From: Balanoglossus misakiensis
Taxonomy: Eukaryota; Animalia; Hemichordata
Assembly: GCA_040954595.2 (NCBI GenBank)
Contig: CM082596.2
Coordinates: 3,214,925 to 3,278,924 of the forward strand
Length of the DNA stretch: 64,000 nt
Direction of reading: 5' to 3'
The notes under the pieces were generated by a model. That model ran no database searches and had not been told where the DNA came from. It saw only the letters and a program-made list of their open reading frames with translations. This document shows, piece by piece, positions 33,961 through 45,900 of the stretch (within the stretch, counting starts at the first letter, position 1; every line of letters starts with the position of its first letter). A program made the position numbers and the translations under genes.

Positions 33961-35774
33961 ATGGGGGATGTGCAATGCGTACTTGTTTTCGCTAAGCTCG
34001 TTTCTTTTCAAAAAGCGGCAAAACGAGTTCGTTCTCTCCTCGAACAAGTGGTCGAGGATGACGACCAACTGAACGGAAAGGTGATTGTCAAGAAATATAA
34101 AGGCGGAGACAAGTGGCCCACCGATGACTTCGCTACCACCACGGTCGTCGTCGTAATCGACGCCAGACAAAGTCGTGTTTGTCTCGTCCAATCGAGGCGA
34201 GACAGCAGTATTGACCACAGGGCAGAATTGGACATGCTTTATAAGACATCCACAAAACCAAAAGGTAAATGTTTAAATACACAGATATTTTTATAGCAAA
34301 GTTTTCGATCTGCAGCTTTATTATCTGGCCAGATAGCCCAAACTTTTGATTGCGCGTGTGCTGCAATTTCTAAATTATTTTAAGTGCAGTGTTTGTATGT
34401 ATTCGATCTCGAAGGGTGTTGCTATCAACGACCTTTGATTTTATGTCATCGCCCCTTTGCTTTTTCTGTTGTACTAGCAGCGTGCTTTTAGTATTAACTG
34501 TTGATTTTGAAAAATACAACACAGCTTTTTATTTTATTTTATTTTATTTTTATCAAAGGTTCAATTTTGGTTGTTATATACGGAGATAGCCAATCTGAAA
34601 ATATGAGTGACGACAAGCTGGTCGCCGACAAGTGGATTCAAACTTGGAAATTCAATGACAAAGTGGCGCAGACTCTCGTTCAGCGCAGTAGACTATTTTC
34701 CATATCGGACAATTTTAACGCAAAACAGGTGGCAGTCATTGTGGACTATTTGTACAAGTTACCACTGATTCCGATTCATGCCCCGGACTCCAACGTTCTG
34801 GTCATCGGAAAGAGAGACCCGCTGACGGAAGAAGCTGCAGAACTCCGCCGCGACCCGTTTCTCACCGATCACATCGTTCAGCACGAGCGTCAGTTTACCG
34901 TCCAGGAATCGAAGTACATCTCGCTCGTTCACGGACAATGTGACGACGCAAACGGCCACCTGAGAACATACTTCGTCGACGACCTCGCAACGCCGAAGGT
35001 CTGCGATCTACCTGACGGACAAGAGATTAATTTGCTCACCACTAAAGACTTTAAGGACTACGGAATTGATAACATGATGGATTTTCACATTGTCCAGGTG
35101 CCTCGTGTGCTCTGGTTCAACCGATTTCCAAAATTCGACCAAGTTCTACTGGTACCTCACTGTGGCGTCTGTTTCTGTAGACTGACCGCGGAACAAGATC
35201 GCATTGGACAGCACCTCAAGTCAGCACTAAGTAGGTATAACAAACGTCCCGAATGTTGTAACTTTGAAAATTAAGAATGTTATTAGCCATAAACTTTTAT
35301 CCACGATTAACCCGAAGATGACGAATTCTTAAAGGAAGCTCGTGCTTTTTTATAGCCGAGTACAGTACAAAAATAGGCCATAGGCTAAAGTAGACTTCTA
35401 AGTCGCCCTACTTATCAATGTTTATTGAAATAATTCATTCAGCTATTATCGTTAGCCATTAGGCCATCACTAACACGATTGTCAATTTATTCTCAGGTAA
35501 ACTTGGCATTCAGCTGAGCCCCAACGCCAGGGTGCTACCATTAATGACAACTGGCTGTCAAGAGCCCTCAGTCAGAACGAAGGCTTTGGCATTTGTAGAC
35601 GACGCAATTGAAAAGGATGCAAATCTGACTGACGAGTCCAAAACCGCTCTCAAAAGACAACTTGGGTGTTTTAGCGAGGACGACAGTTTTATCTGGGACT
35701 TGTATACGATGCATATGTACAACTTCCAGCCAGGTCAGTTGAATATTCATCGGCTTTCATATACGAAACACTAG
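33961..35774 (+). CDS. A2: paralog of A1 (TIR-like plus putative degenerate GTPase), ~417 aa, 3 exons
   Basis: Exons 33961-34264, 34559-35230 and 35497-35774 (GT-AG, phases 1,1). Colinear with A1 along its whole length. Confidence 0.82.
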
Positions 35775-37113
35775 TTTTTTCAAACCCGACATGTCCGAAT
35801 ACGAGAGACTTGAACAAAGTACTCTGTACACGTCTGCATTGGTAGAAACCTTTAATCCTTGCAAAATTGTTAACATTTTTCTCTGACCAACTCTTTAAAC
35901 TGCTGAGAAACGTCAACCGCAAAGTGTTTTTCATTATGAGACGCTGGTAATTTTGTCTTTCAGGACTAAAACCAAAAGAGCATCGACTGGACACTCAATC
36001 AGCCTCTACAGATCAAAAGGGACATGGACAGAGAAAAGAAGAATCAAATCTGCACAGTGAAGATTGTTCACTACCTATGGCATAGTGGAGGGACCCCGGT
36101 TGAGCAGACTTACAGACGTACACGCCCTATTGAATAAACGAACGTGTTTACCTTAGAACTAACATTCTACGACATAGGAAGTTTCTTAACGAGATTTTAA
36201 CGACAGCATTAAACGACATCAAAAATGAGTTGGGGATCTTTATCGGGGATTTTAGAATGGCCGAGATGTGCAGGGTCGAACTGTTGCAGGTTTTTATTAA
36301 TGACTGTGTGTTACCATTGTTATGGACTCTATCTAGGACTGAATTTATGCCTCGAAGAGCGTCGGCGCACCTAATGTATTTTGACTCAGCGTAATAAAGT
36401 ATGGGCGCTTCACCATTGGTAAGCACCAACGCCCAAAATTCTACATCGCCTTGTCCGTCTTTGTCTCTCTCTCTCTGCTTTTGGGTCTGTACTTAATACT
36501 CTCGCAAAAACATTGCAATCGACGTGTGTTAAACCAATGTGCATTAAAAATACTTCACTATATGTATCCGTCATTCAAAATATTTATGTTTCAGTTGATT
36601 GGTTATTCGTTTATTTATTTTTGCTTGGCTTTGATATTTGTATTTACTAGTCAATGTTATTATACATTTACTATACATAAAGACAAAAAAGACATAAAAA
36701 TAAAACTCTGGTTTTTTTTTCTCTCCGATGTATTATGTTTGTGAAATTTCCATGGATATGAACTACAACACATATGTGTGTACACACTCTTTAAATGTCA
36801 TATATGTCAGTTAACGAATCAATCAATCAATCGAATAATTAAATAAGTGATATTTTCTTAGTACACTAGTCTAGAGAAATTAGCTACAAAGTCAAACCAT
36901 GCATGTGATTTCGGACGGGTTTACAAACGGTCACATTGAAAGTATTGTTATTTTTTTGAAGTTGGATTTTAGGATCCTCCTGTGTATGTATAATATAAAC
37001 CGTATAATACAATATAGGGGTAACAACCATGCTTAAGCTTGTTTATAAAATACAAGGCTGTGATTTAAGTTGATTTAATTATACGGCGGTTGGTGTCGCC
37101 ATCCTTTTACTTT

Positions 37114-38225
37114 TTAGTTGCAAGCAGCTTCTGTTTTGTCAGTTTCGACTGAGGACGCCCCTTTATTCATGTATACTTTTCCTGCATGAAGGATAACTTC
37201 GAGTATAGACAGAGCATTCTGCCTGCGATCGGGGTCCATGCCTGTAAAATCGTTGCGTTCTTGGTCAAGGTTGGATATGGTGAAAATGTTGGCGCGAGTC
37301 ACTGTAGTTGCTGCCGTAATGGCCTGGATTTTTTCCTCTATCTCGTCTTCTGTGCCTTCTGCTTGATCGATATGTGTGACGACAACAAAGACCTTTAAAC
37401 CACTTTCTGCAAGAAAACGTTAAACGTTATGGAAAAAAGTAACCGAAATTCACAGAGTGTGGAATATGTAGACGTGTAAATCTAGGAGTATTAGTTTAAA
37501 ACATTGACGTTTTTTAAAGTTTTAATTTTTGTCTGCTACGGCGTAACTTGAAAAAGAAGACTTACTTAATTTGTATACTTCACCCATGAGTGGATCTATC
37601 ATGCTGTCAACTTCTGCTGCCCACTTATGGATGAAAACTATTGCCGATGGTTTCTTAAAGCCACTTCTCAGCTTGAATGCAGACTCTTCACCGACAGGGC
37701 TCCTATTGGCAGGCAATCTTCCGTTCAGTATTCTCCGAATTGCTCTCCTGGTTCTCTCATCTGGATCGTTTCCTGGGGTTGTGATCGTTTGTTTACACGA
37801 ACCGGGAACATCACTCAGCCAGAACGGTTTATTATCTACAGTGACTTCGTATGGTTTGTAAACAGCTGAACCAACACCACCTTGCATATATGCTTGGGCT
37901 GGCCCCTGGATGCCAGTTACAGCCTAAAAATGCAAAGATGTATGGTGTAAAAACTTGTGGCAATCAAATAAGCTGAACAAAAGAGAACAAACAAACAAAC
38001 AGACGTACGTACATACATACATACATACATACATACATACATACATACATACATACATACATACATACATACATACATACATACATACATACATACATAC
38101 ATACATACATACATACATACATACATACATACATACATACATACATACATACATACATACATACATACATACATACATACATACATACATACATACATAC
38201 ATACATACATACATACATACATACA

Positions 38226-38256
<31 letters not shown>

Positions 38257-40887
38257 CCGAATTGTTTGTCCAATGTAGGCCTTATTCATACAAAAAAAAA
38301 GTGAATTCTAAATTACTCTATACAATGAATTGATTGTTGATGATTTCCCTGTTCCAGGGGCACCGAAGAAGACAGTATTCTGGCCACAAATGCAGTCCTT
38401 GATATCACCTGGAATTGAATCGGAGAAAATCATCTTGGGATATGGAAATGGTGTCGATATAAAAATGCCTCCATACATTCAAATATAACGACCGTCATCG
38501 ATTCGGAATTCTATTTACTTGAATTGTTGGGATTTGCTTGTAATCCGAATGTATTTTACAAGTTGTAGATCAACGTGAAGGTTCAGGAAATATAACTTAC
38601 TAATGGAAGTGGTTTTCCGAACTTTCTCGATCTCGAAAACAAACTTTTGGAGGCCGATATCTTCAATCGCTTTTGTAGAATCCAGATGGACGCTCTTTCC
38701 AGTAACTTTTGGGTATTCGTAAATTCTCATCTGACCTCCGTTTTTTATTTCATTCTGAAGGGATTTCATGTGATCCTCCGAAAAACGGAAGTCTGGCAGC
38801 CTTTTCAATATGTTTTTGGTCATTCCAAATACCGTCTCGTTTTTTCGGCATAGCATGGCGATGTTATTGTCACCGTGGATAATTTGCACTTGAAGTAAAT
38901 CTGCAAAAGAAGAATAGGTTCGAAGGAATGGAAATAATGTGGCGTTTTACATGAAATAACGCCAGTGATATTTTTATCAAACGTCATGATATTCACGTTA
39001 AACGTCATCAGTTTCTGCTGGGTCCTAGCCATAGCAATAAACGAAGCATGCCTGTATGCTACTTGTTGCATGCTTGGACCTGGCCTCGGACGGAACCTAG
39101 CTAAGAAATGATGAACAGGAAATTTAGGTAAAATGCTAACACATCATATTTTAGGTACTGATGGTTATTAAGGTTTAAGTTATTTATTTATTTATTTTGA
39201 CTGACCTCAAGTGGGGTCATTTAATAGAAAACATCTCCGCGTGACGGGGGCGATACTGATCGCGGACCCACCCACTGAGGGAAACTTCGCGACACGGAGG
39301 TTGTCGCGCAGTTCATAATAGTTTCAAAAATGGGCCCAACTCTTCCCAATGTCACAAAACAAAACATTTTGGGGTCAGTTTCGATTTAACTTCTTTTAAA
39401 CGTCCATACTTCAGCAAAATTTACGAATAAATTATAAAAATGCATCCGTGTTGTCGACTTGCACTTAATATCGACCGTCCCGTTCCGAAGTGCAAAATAC
39501 GAACAATTTCCATAATCAAAATTAAAGGTGTTTTTTGGATGTGCGAGACGGAGCAGACGGGCAGGGGATACTTTGTGCGACGTGTGTGCAACCATTTCCG
39601 CATATAGACAGTTAAAACCCTCACCATATCCCATTATCCGCGTCATGTGTACAAATTGATGATCGCGTATCTAACGTCAACATCATAAACATTAGGTGCA
39701 ATGATTGTAACGGGTGCTGCTAGGTTGAGTGCGAACACACCACTCAATCATTGCAGCTACATGAACATGGTCAAGTTGTTTACCAGGGCAATAAAATACC
39801 ACGGTCACTACACAAGAAAATCCGTTTAATACAGGACATAAAATGTATTGCTAGAGTTCAATTATGCAAACGTTAGAGAGATATTGTAACAATTAAGTTA
39901 TCACCCCGCACCCGAATCGATATCACCCCTTTGCTCTTCGTTGAGTGTATAGTCTGGTAGACGAATTTCCAAACTTTGATATTTTTCCTCACAAGGAAAA
40001 TTTTTCACGGCGTACGCGAAAGTAGTAACCTCGCGTCTTTTTGCTAAAACCATTCGCAGAAACCTCGTGACAACAAATGGTTGTCGCATATCATAGCGTT
40101 GTTTTCATCGGCGCGTACCAATGACAGTGGTGCAAGAAATAGGCATAATTTCTCCAGAGTGTAGCAGCTGTTATGCGACCACAACCACACTTGTTGCAAT
40201 ATCTCATATTGTTTTTCTGTCTCTCATGTGGTACATGTAATTTATTAATATAGTCACATATGCTTTATTTGTGGTAGAATTGTCTTTTCAGAGTGTCAGA
40301 TATCATGTCATCAGAGCCCTCTGAACTTCATAGCCCCAATGAATTCAGAATTATTGGGATCTCAGATTCCTGGTCTTGAAACCCTTAATTTTTCTGAGAT
40401 AACATGCATATACATGGATATTTACATGGATTTCAATTGAATGCATGGAGGCATGATCGAGTAATTTGGAAACTATGACTTGTGCTGAAACAAGATAATT
40501 GCAACAAGCAAAACTTCAAAGTGGCCTATAATGGGCAATACAGGGCTGCAGCAACAATGGCAAATACATGTACTCACCAATATCGAATTCCAATGAGAAT
40601 TTTTTTATCTCTTCCAGCGGAGTACGAGGATGAATTACTTCCTTTCTCGTACCATCATCCTGGACAGAATATATCGTGACATCGCCTGGACTGAGAGATG
40701 CATCGTCATGTAACTTTATCTTGAAATCTTCGGCCTTGTTTATTATCAATTCCGCTAGATTGTGTGTAACATCATTAAGAAGACAATTGACTTGGATTGG
40801 ATTCTTCGGTCCGTATTTATAACGTAGATACAGAGGTAAGCTTGGTGCTGCTAATTGTGGTAATTCTTGTTGAACGTTGTCAGCCAT
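37114..40887 (-). CDS. B2: paralog of B1 (tandem Ubl-like domains plus IFI44-like GTPase), ~450 aa, 5 exons
   Basis: Exons 40887-40578, 38900-38601, 38408-38317 (92 bp, same size as B1 exon 3), 37923-37566 and 37406-37114; phases match B1. Motifs: CGQNTVFFGAPGTGKSSTIN, KPYEV, LSDVPG, RILNGRLPA, IVFIHKW, VVTHID, IFTISNLD. Confidence 0.85.
38010..38253. repeat. (TACA)n tetranucleotide microsatellite in intron 3 of B2
   Basis: About 60 perfect TACA units, preceded by a short (AAAC)n run. Confidence 0.97.
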
Positions 40888-42907
40888 GTTAAGAAAATCA
40901 AAGCAGTGTGTCGGTACGACTTTGTCGAGGCACTTGTATAAACCTTTGAGCTGTGTGCAACTCTCAAATACTGAAGGAGTAAGGGGTAGTGATTTATAAT
41001 GGGTGAAAGTTGTCTTATTTGGCTTGTGATTACTAAAACTCAAACCATTGTAGTAGTTTATGACCGATATAATTCTCCCAGGTAACAAATCTTTTGCCAA
41101 ATACCTCACCTGTCCTCTGCCACTGTAGCTGTGTGGGAGTATTTGAATTACAGGACATTCCTTTAGAGCTATTTGATTTCGGAGTGAAATAAAGCCTCTT
41201 GACATTCCTTATGCCAAATAAAATAATCCATCACATAATCAGACGACAGTTTATATCTTGTGGGCGTATTTTAGGCCTGGCAAACAATCAAATGTTTCTG
41301 ACAAAAAGATAAGTAAACAAAGGCATGTTTTTTATAAAAAAGAAAAGTATCAAATGGTTATCAAATGTTGAACATTTAAAAAGGTAATAAATCATGCAAT
41401 CAGATGTAACTCAAACACATCCACCCCTACCAAACATAAATACATTTGTACGTACCTCGAACTCATCAGAAGTGGAGTGCAAGTATGACGTTCTTTGATG
41501 AATGGGAAATCTAATGGTAGGTGATGATATATTTTAAAAGAGCTGTCATCACCACCAGTTTTTGGTGGCTTTAACAACCATCAGCTACGCAGGGCAAGTC
41601 ATACTTTTTCAAGTAAATTTTCCTGAACCTGCACTTTTCATACCCTAAAAACAAACAAAACTTCTGGTACTGGAAATATTGATTTAAAAGGAGTAAAATT
41701 AAAAGGCTGAGCTTTCAACAATGAGTCTTTGGTTTTATACAAACAGAATATTCTCTTATTATTGTAGTGTAATACCTACTTAAATACATAATAATAATAA
41801 TAAGCTTGATTAACACTACAGTACGTGAGTGAAGTGCAAAGTAGACACATTTATTCATATTGCTAGAATTACTATTAGTATTACACCATGCTAACACCAT
41901 GGCTTCACATTCTGAAGTACAACACATCAAAAAACAGTGTAATGTAATGATCAAGTGATATCGAAAAATGGTGTATCTGGTGTGAATGAAAGCTACAGTG
42001 CAGTGCACTTCGTCTGCAATTGGAGTTTGTCAAGTAGCGACAAGATGGTTCTTGTTCCATCAAAGTTCAAGGTTCAGTAGAGATTCACATCCTTTGAGTG
42101 ATCTACAATAGTCATCAAGCATACATTCCACAAAAGAAATCAAGCAGATCATAAGACTATTCTTCTTTTGTAAATACATTTACATTTACTCTTTAGCCAC
42201 TTTTTGGGTTCACTGAAACACTGATCCAAACATCTATCCGACAATATATCCACAAGCTCACTTAGGAAACCATGATTGCTGTGTTGTTGATTTTAAACGA
42301 TATAATCAGTGCCTGTTATTGTTGTGCACATTCTGTGCATGTTACATTTTTCTTTCTTTTTTTAATTTCATAGAAAATGCATTGTGTAATTTTCGAATTT
42401 TTATATGGAGCTTCATACTAGCAACCATAGTTTGGGTTGTACCCTAAGACATAAATTATAGACATAACATCCTCTATGTAGCAAAATACAGCAGGTGAAG
42501 CTGCTGGTTTTTTTTACTAAACTTGCATTTGACATGTTTAACTTACTATATGAGAGTTCACTATTTCAAATCTAGTCAGATTTCAAGTTCAGCCTATAAA
42601 TGACGTTGGTCTTCAGAGAGATATGTTGGAGTTGCCCTGCATCTGTGACTTTCTCTCTCCACCAAGAGCAGGTTTTCTGTAGTAGCAAAATTGAGATGAA
42701 ATACTAAGTGTCAGCTTTAGATTATTCTCTCAACACTAGGAGAGACCAAACCACTGTTTGTAGTAGTGCTGTAACTTTGGGCTTTTTGTTTCCTGTATTT
42801 TAGCTCTTTTTTCAACTACAGTTCCTTGTTCTGTTTCCTCACACGTCACAAGCCCAACAATTGGCTTGTCAGAAGTGAGCATTGGACTTAAAGAGTCATT
42901 TTACCGT

Positions 42908-45900
42908 TTACTTGTGTCTGTGGATGTAACTTGGCTGTCCATCCACTACTTTCATCCAGTCATCATTGTCACGGGTGAGGGGAGTTTCGGGTCCTAGGAA
43001 TGCTATGCCATTGGCCAGGTGGTCTGGTAGTAAATACCTACAAACAACACAAAATGAGACTGGAAGCATTAAGAAAATTGGCTTTTTGTTGTAAATCACA
43101 AAACACAAAACCAGCACACTTTGTTTTCAATTTGCTTCTGGCTAAGTAGTGTAACACTTACTTTTCTGCCACCTGTACCAAATCCTCTTTGGTAACAGCA
43201 AACAGTTGCTGACGGTGTGCTTGTTTCATGTCATCAGAAATGCCGCTCAGAAATAGTGTGATTCCTCTGTTTGGGGGCGCTATAGGATAGTCGACCTGGG
43301 GAAAAAGAAAAGGATGTGACATTATATTTTCAGTATATGATTTTCACAATTTTCATAACAGTAATATTGAGCAGGGTATAATAATATACTAGATACTCAC
43401 AGTTTGAAAGACAGAGAGTTTAGCTTCATCGATGTCTTGATCCGAGAACTTGCCCTGACTGGCCCAGTCTATTGCACCGTCAAATGCCTCCATTGTTTCA
43501 AGGTTGTTTGGGTCCCTGGAGAAAATATGCGAGTTATGAACTTGTCTGGCCGAGATAGATGGTCTATTGATGCCTGTGCATTGCAGTTACTCCTAAATCT
43601 GTATAATATGCTGATATAAATTTATTTGTAAAAACACAAATCAAATGCATTTTCAAAGTACCTGTAGGAATAGAATGAAAATATTCCGGATGTTCCCATT
43701 GATGCTCCTCCGCCATAAGCACCTCCCTTCTCCCTGGAAAAAAACAAACATTACAATGTTCACCAGTAGTATTTTTAGGGTGGCCATTTTTATAACTCAA
43801 GTGATTCATAGATACAGAACTCACCTAATTTCTCTGTGTAGAAACTTGCTTGTCATCAGTTTACCAAGAACTCGTAACCTGCATTAGGAAGAAGGGGGAG
43901 TGTTGATTTGCGATATGAGTTTAATTTTGAATCAGTACAGATAAACTAGACTGAGTCCGCATAAGCTGACTTGGTGTATGGTTGCCTCTACGGCCGCTAA
44001 TCAACCCATGGAAATGTGACTTACTTTGCACAATCTGGATGAGTGTATGGCACTGTTGGTACACATCGTCCGACGTAATTCACTGGGAATGGCAGTGGGA
44101 AATGAATCCTCCTAGGTACTGGCTTGAAATTGAACACCTGAGACAGGAGAGATCAAAAAGTATTGATAAGCATGTATATGTATGTCATCTGCCCAAAGCA
44201 CAAGCTGATAGCATTATGATCAATTTACATCACAAACCAAGGAGAAAATGAGCATCAAAAATAATTGTTTTACATTTTTTGTCCCTTGACTGTATCTGTC
44301 TATATCAGCTGTATGTCCCTTGTCTAAATCTGTCCGTAATTGGCCATATGTCTTACCTCAATCATTTTGACATGACTACCGGGAGCAGGCTTAGGTGGTG
44401 GCGCCACAGTCTTGATAAACTTCTCGAGTGTTTTAACAGCCGAGTCTATGTTCTCAGGTGTTGTATTCAATGCACATCTGATGAGACAATGTACATGGAG
44501 ACTCATGAAACAAAAATGTCAGCAAACTTTCATGTACTACTAGTTTATCCATATGATTAGAGACATGCCTACCTAAGGTGCTTCCTGTTAAACAGAATCT
44601 GCGAAATCATCTTCAAATTGTGAATGACTGGGTCCAAATCCTTCATTTCAGCAATCTTCTTCATAATGGCTACCTGTAAAACAAACATAACAACAGCAGT
44701 GTTTGTATACTTCAGCGTCAAGGGGTCTAATTTCCATGGTGAAACATGAAATCAGGCATTTCAAATATTTCAGTTGTTCATACCTGCGTCATTCCACTAA
44801 ACAGTTCCTTGATTTTTCCCAGTGGTGTCAGGGAGCTCCCGGCACACAACATGGCATAATGATGGCCATGGTGGGGTATGGAGTTGGCCAAATCGGCTGC
44901 TTCCATCTGGATCAGAGTTGTCAGGGTGTTTGTGTCATCAAAGCTTGCTCTGTTGAGAAATCAAACCAAAATTTAGCACCATCTAATATCATAACATATC
45001 ACATTGTATCATACAGTATTGTACCATACCTTCTGTAAATTGTCTTTGAAGTAAGACCTTAGTAGAGTGAGGTACCTTCAACATTATCAGTAGTCATCGC
45101 GAATGAAACAAGTTAACATATACTCTTTTTAATTTACTGGCAGATGGAGCAAGTAACAGTCACAGCGCTGACCAACTGGTCGATGCTTTAGCGCACAAGA
45201 TACATGTTTTACTGCATCATAGCTTTATTTGCGTACCTGTGAAAAACTTCTGTCCACAGATCAAACATATCTTGCAGATTGTGATCTAGACAGAATGAGG
45301 AGATTACCACACCCTGAAATAAAATGTCAAAATGTTGATGATCTATACAATGATTTCAGAAGCAAAGTTTCCCACATGAAAGTACTGATTCTGATTAACA
45401 GTAAAGGAAACAAGGGCAGGTGTTTCTGTACTTGGTTTGAGTGGAACAATATTCCTTTCTCCTAGACATAACTGACCTGCTGTTTAAGAGTTTTAAAACA
45501 TCGCTAGTTGAGACACAAACCTGTTCATGACCATTGATGTTACTGTGATGTAATACAGTGTGCGGTGTAACACTTAGACCTCCAGTTTTCAATTCTTCTC
45601 TCTGGGCAAATTCATGGTGATTCATCACTCCAGCACCAAGTCTGTGAGACAAGACACAACAATGTTACTGGTGAATTGCAAGTATGGTTAATTACCATGT
45701 GATTCAGTTGACAGGCCTGTCTGATTTTGATTTGTTTGATGCAGGCAAATGTGAGAGACGGACACACACATCACTGTGGCCAGAACTTACTTTGTTATCA
45801 CACTGCAAAACAATGGCACATATGTCATGAGTTCCTCTGGAAGTCTTTTCAGATTGGCCACAGCTCTGAAATATGTGACTCCATTTGTTGGCTGCTCACA

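Noticed and set aside
37917-38289. ORFs of (MYVC)n and (HTYI)n
   Set aside because: They are translations of the (TACA)n microsatellite in a B2 intron.
20675-40887. Bacterial contamination or a recent horizontally acquired defence operon
   Set aside because: Five of the six genes have canonical GT-AG introns, with conserved phases in the A and B paralog pairs, and the caspase and IFI44 motifs are animal-type.
42614-42677. Possible extra terminal PITRM1 exon (KPALGGERKSQMQGNSNISL*)
   Set aside because: Plausible splice sites exist, but there is no recognisable homology and it cannot be supported without transcripts.
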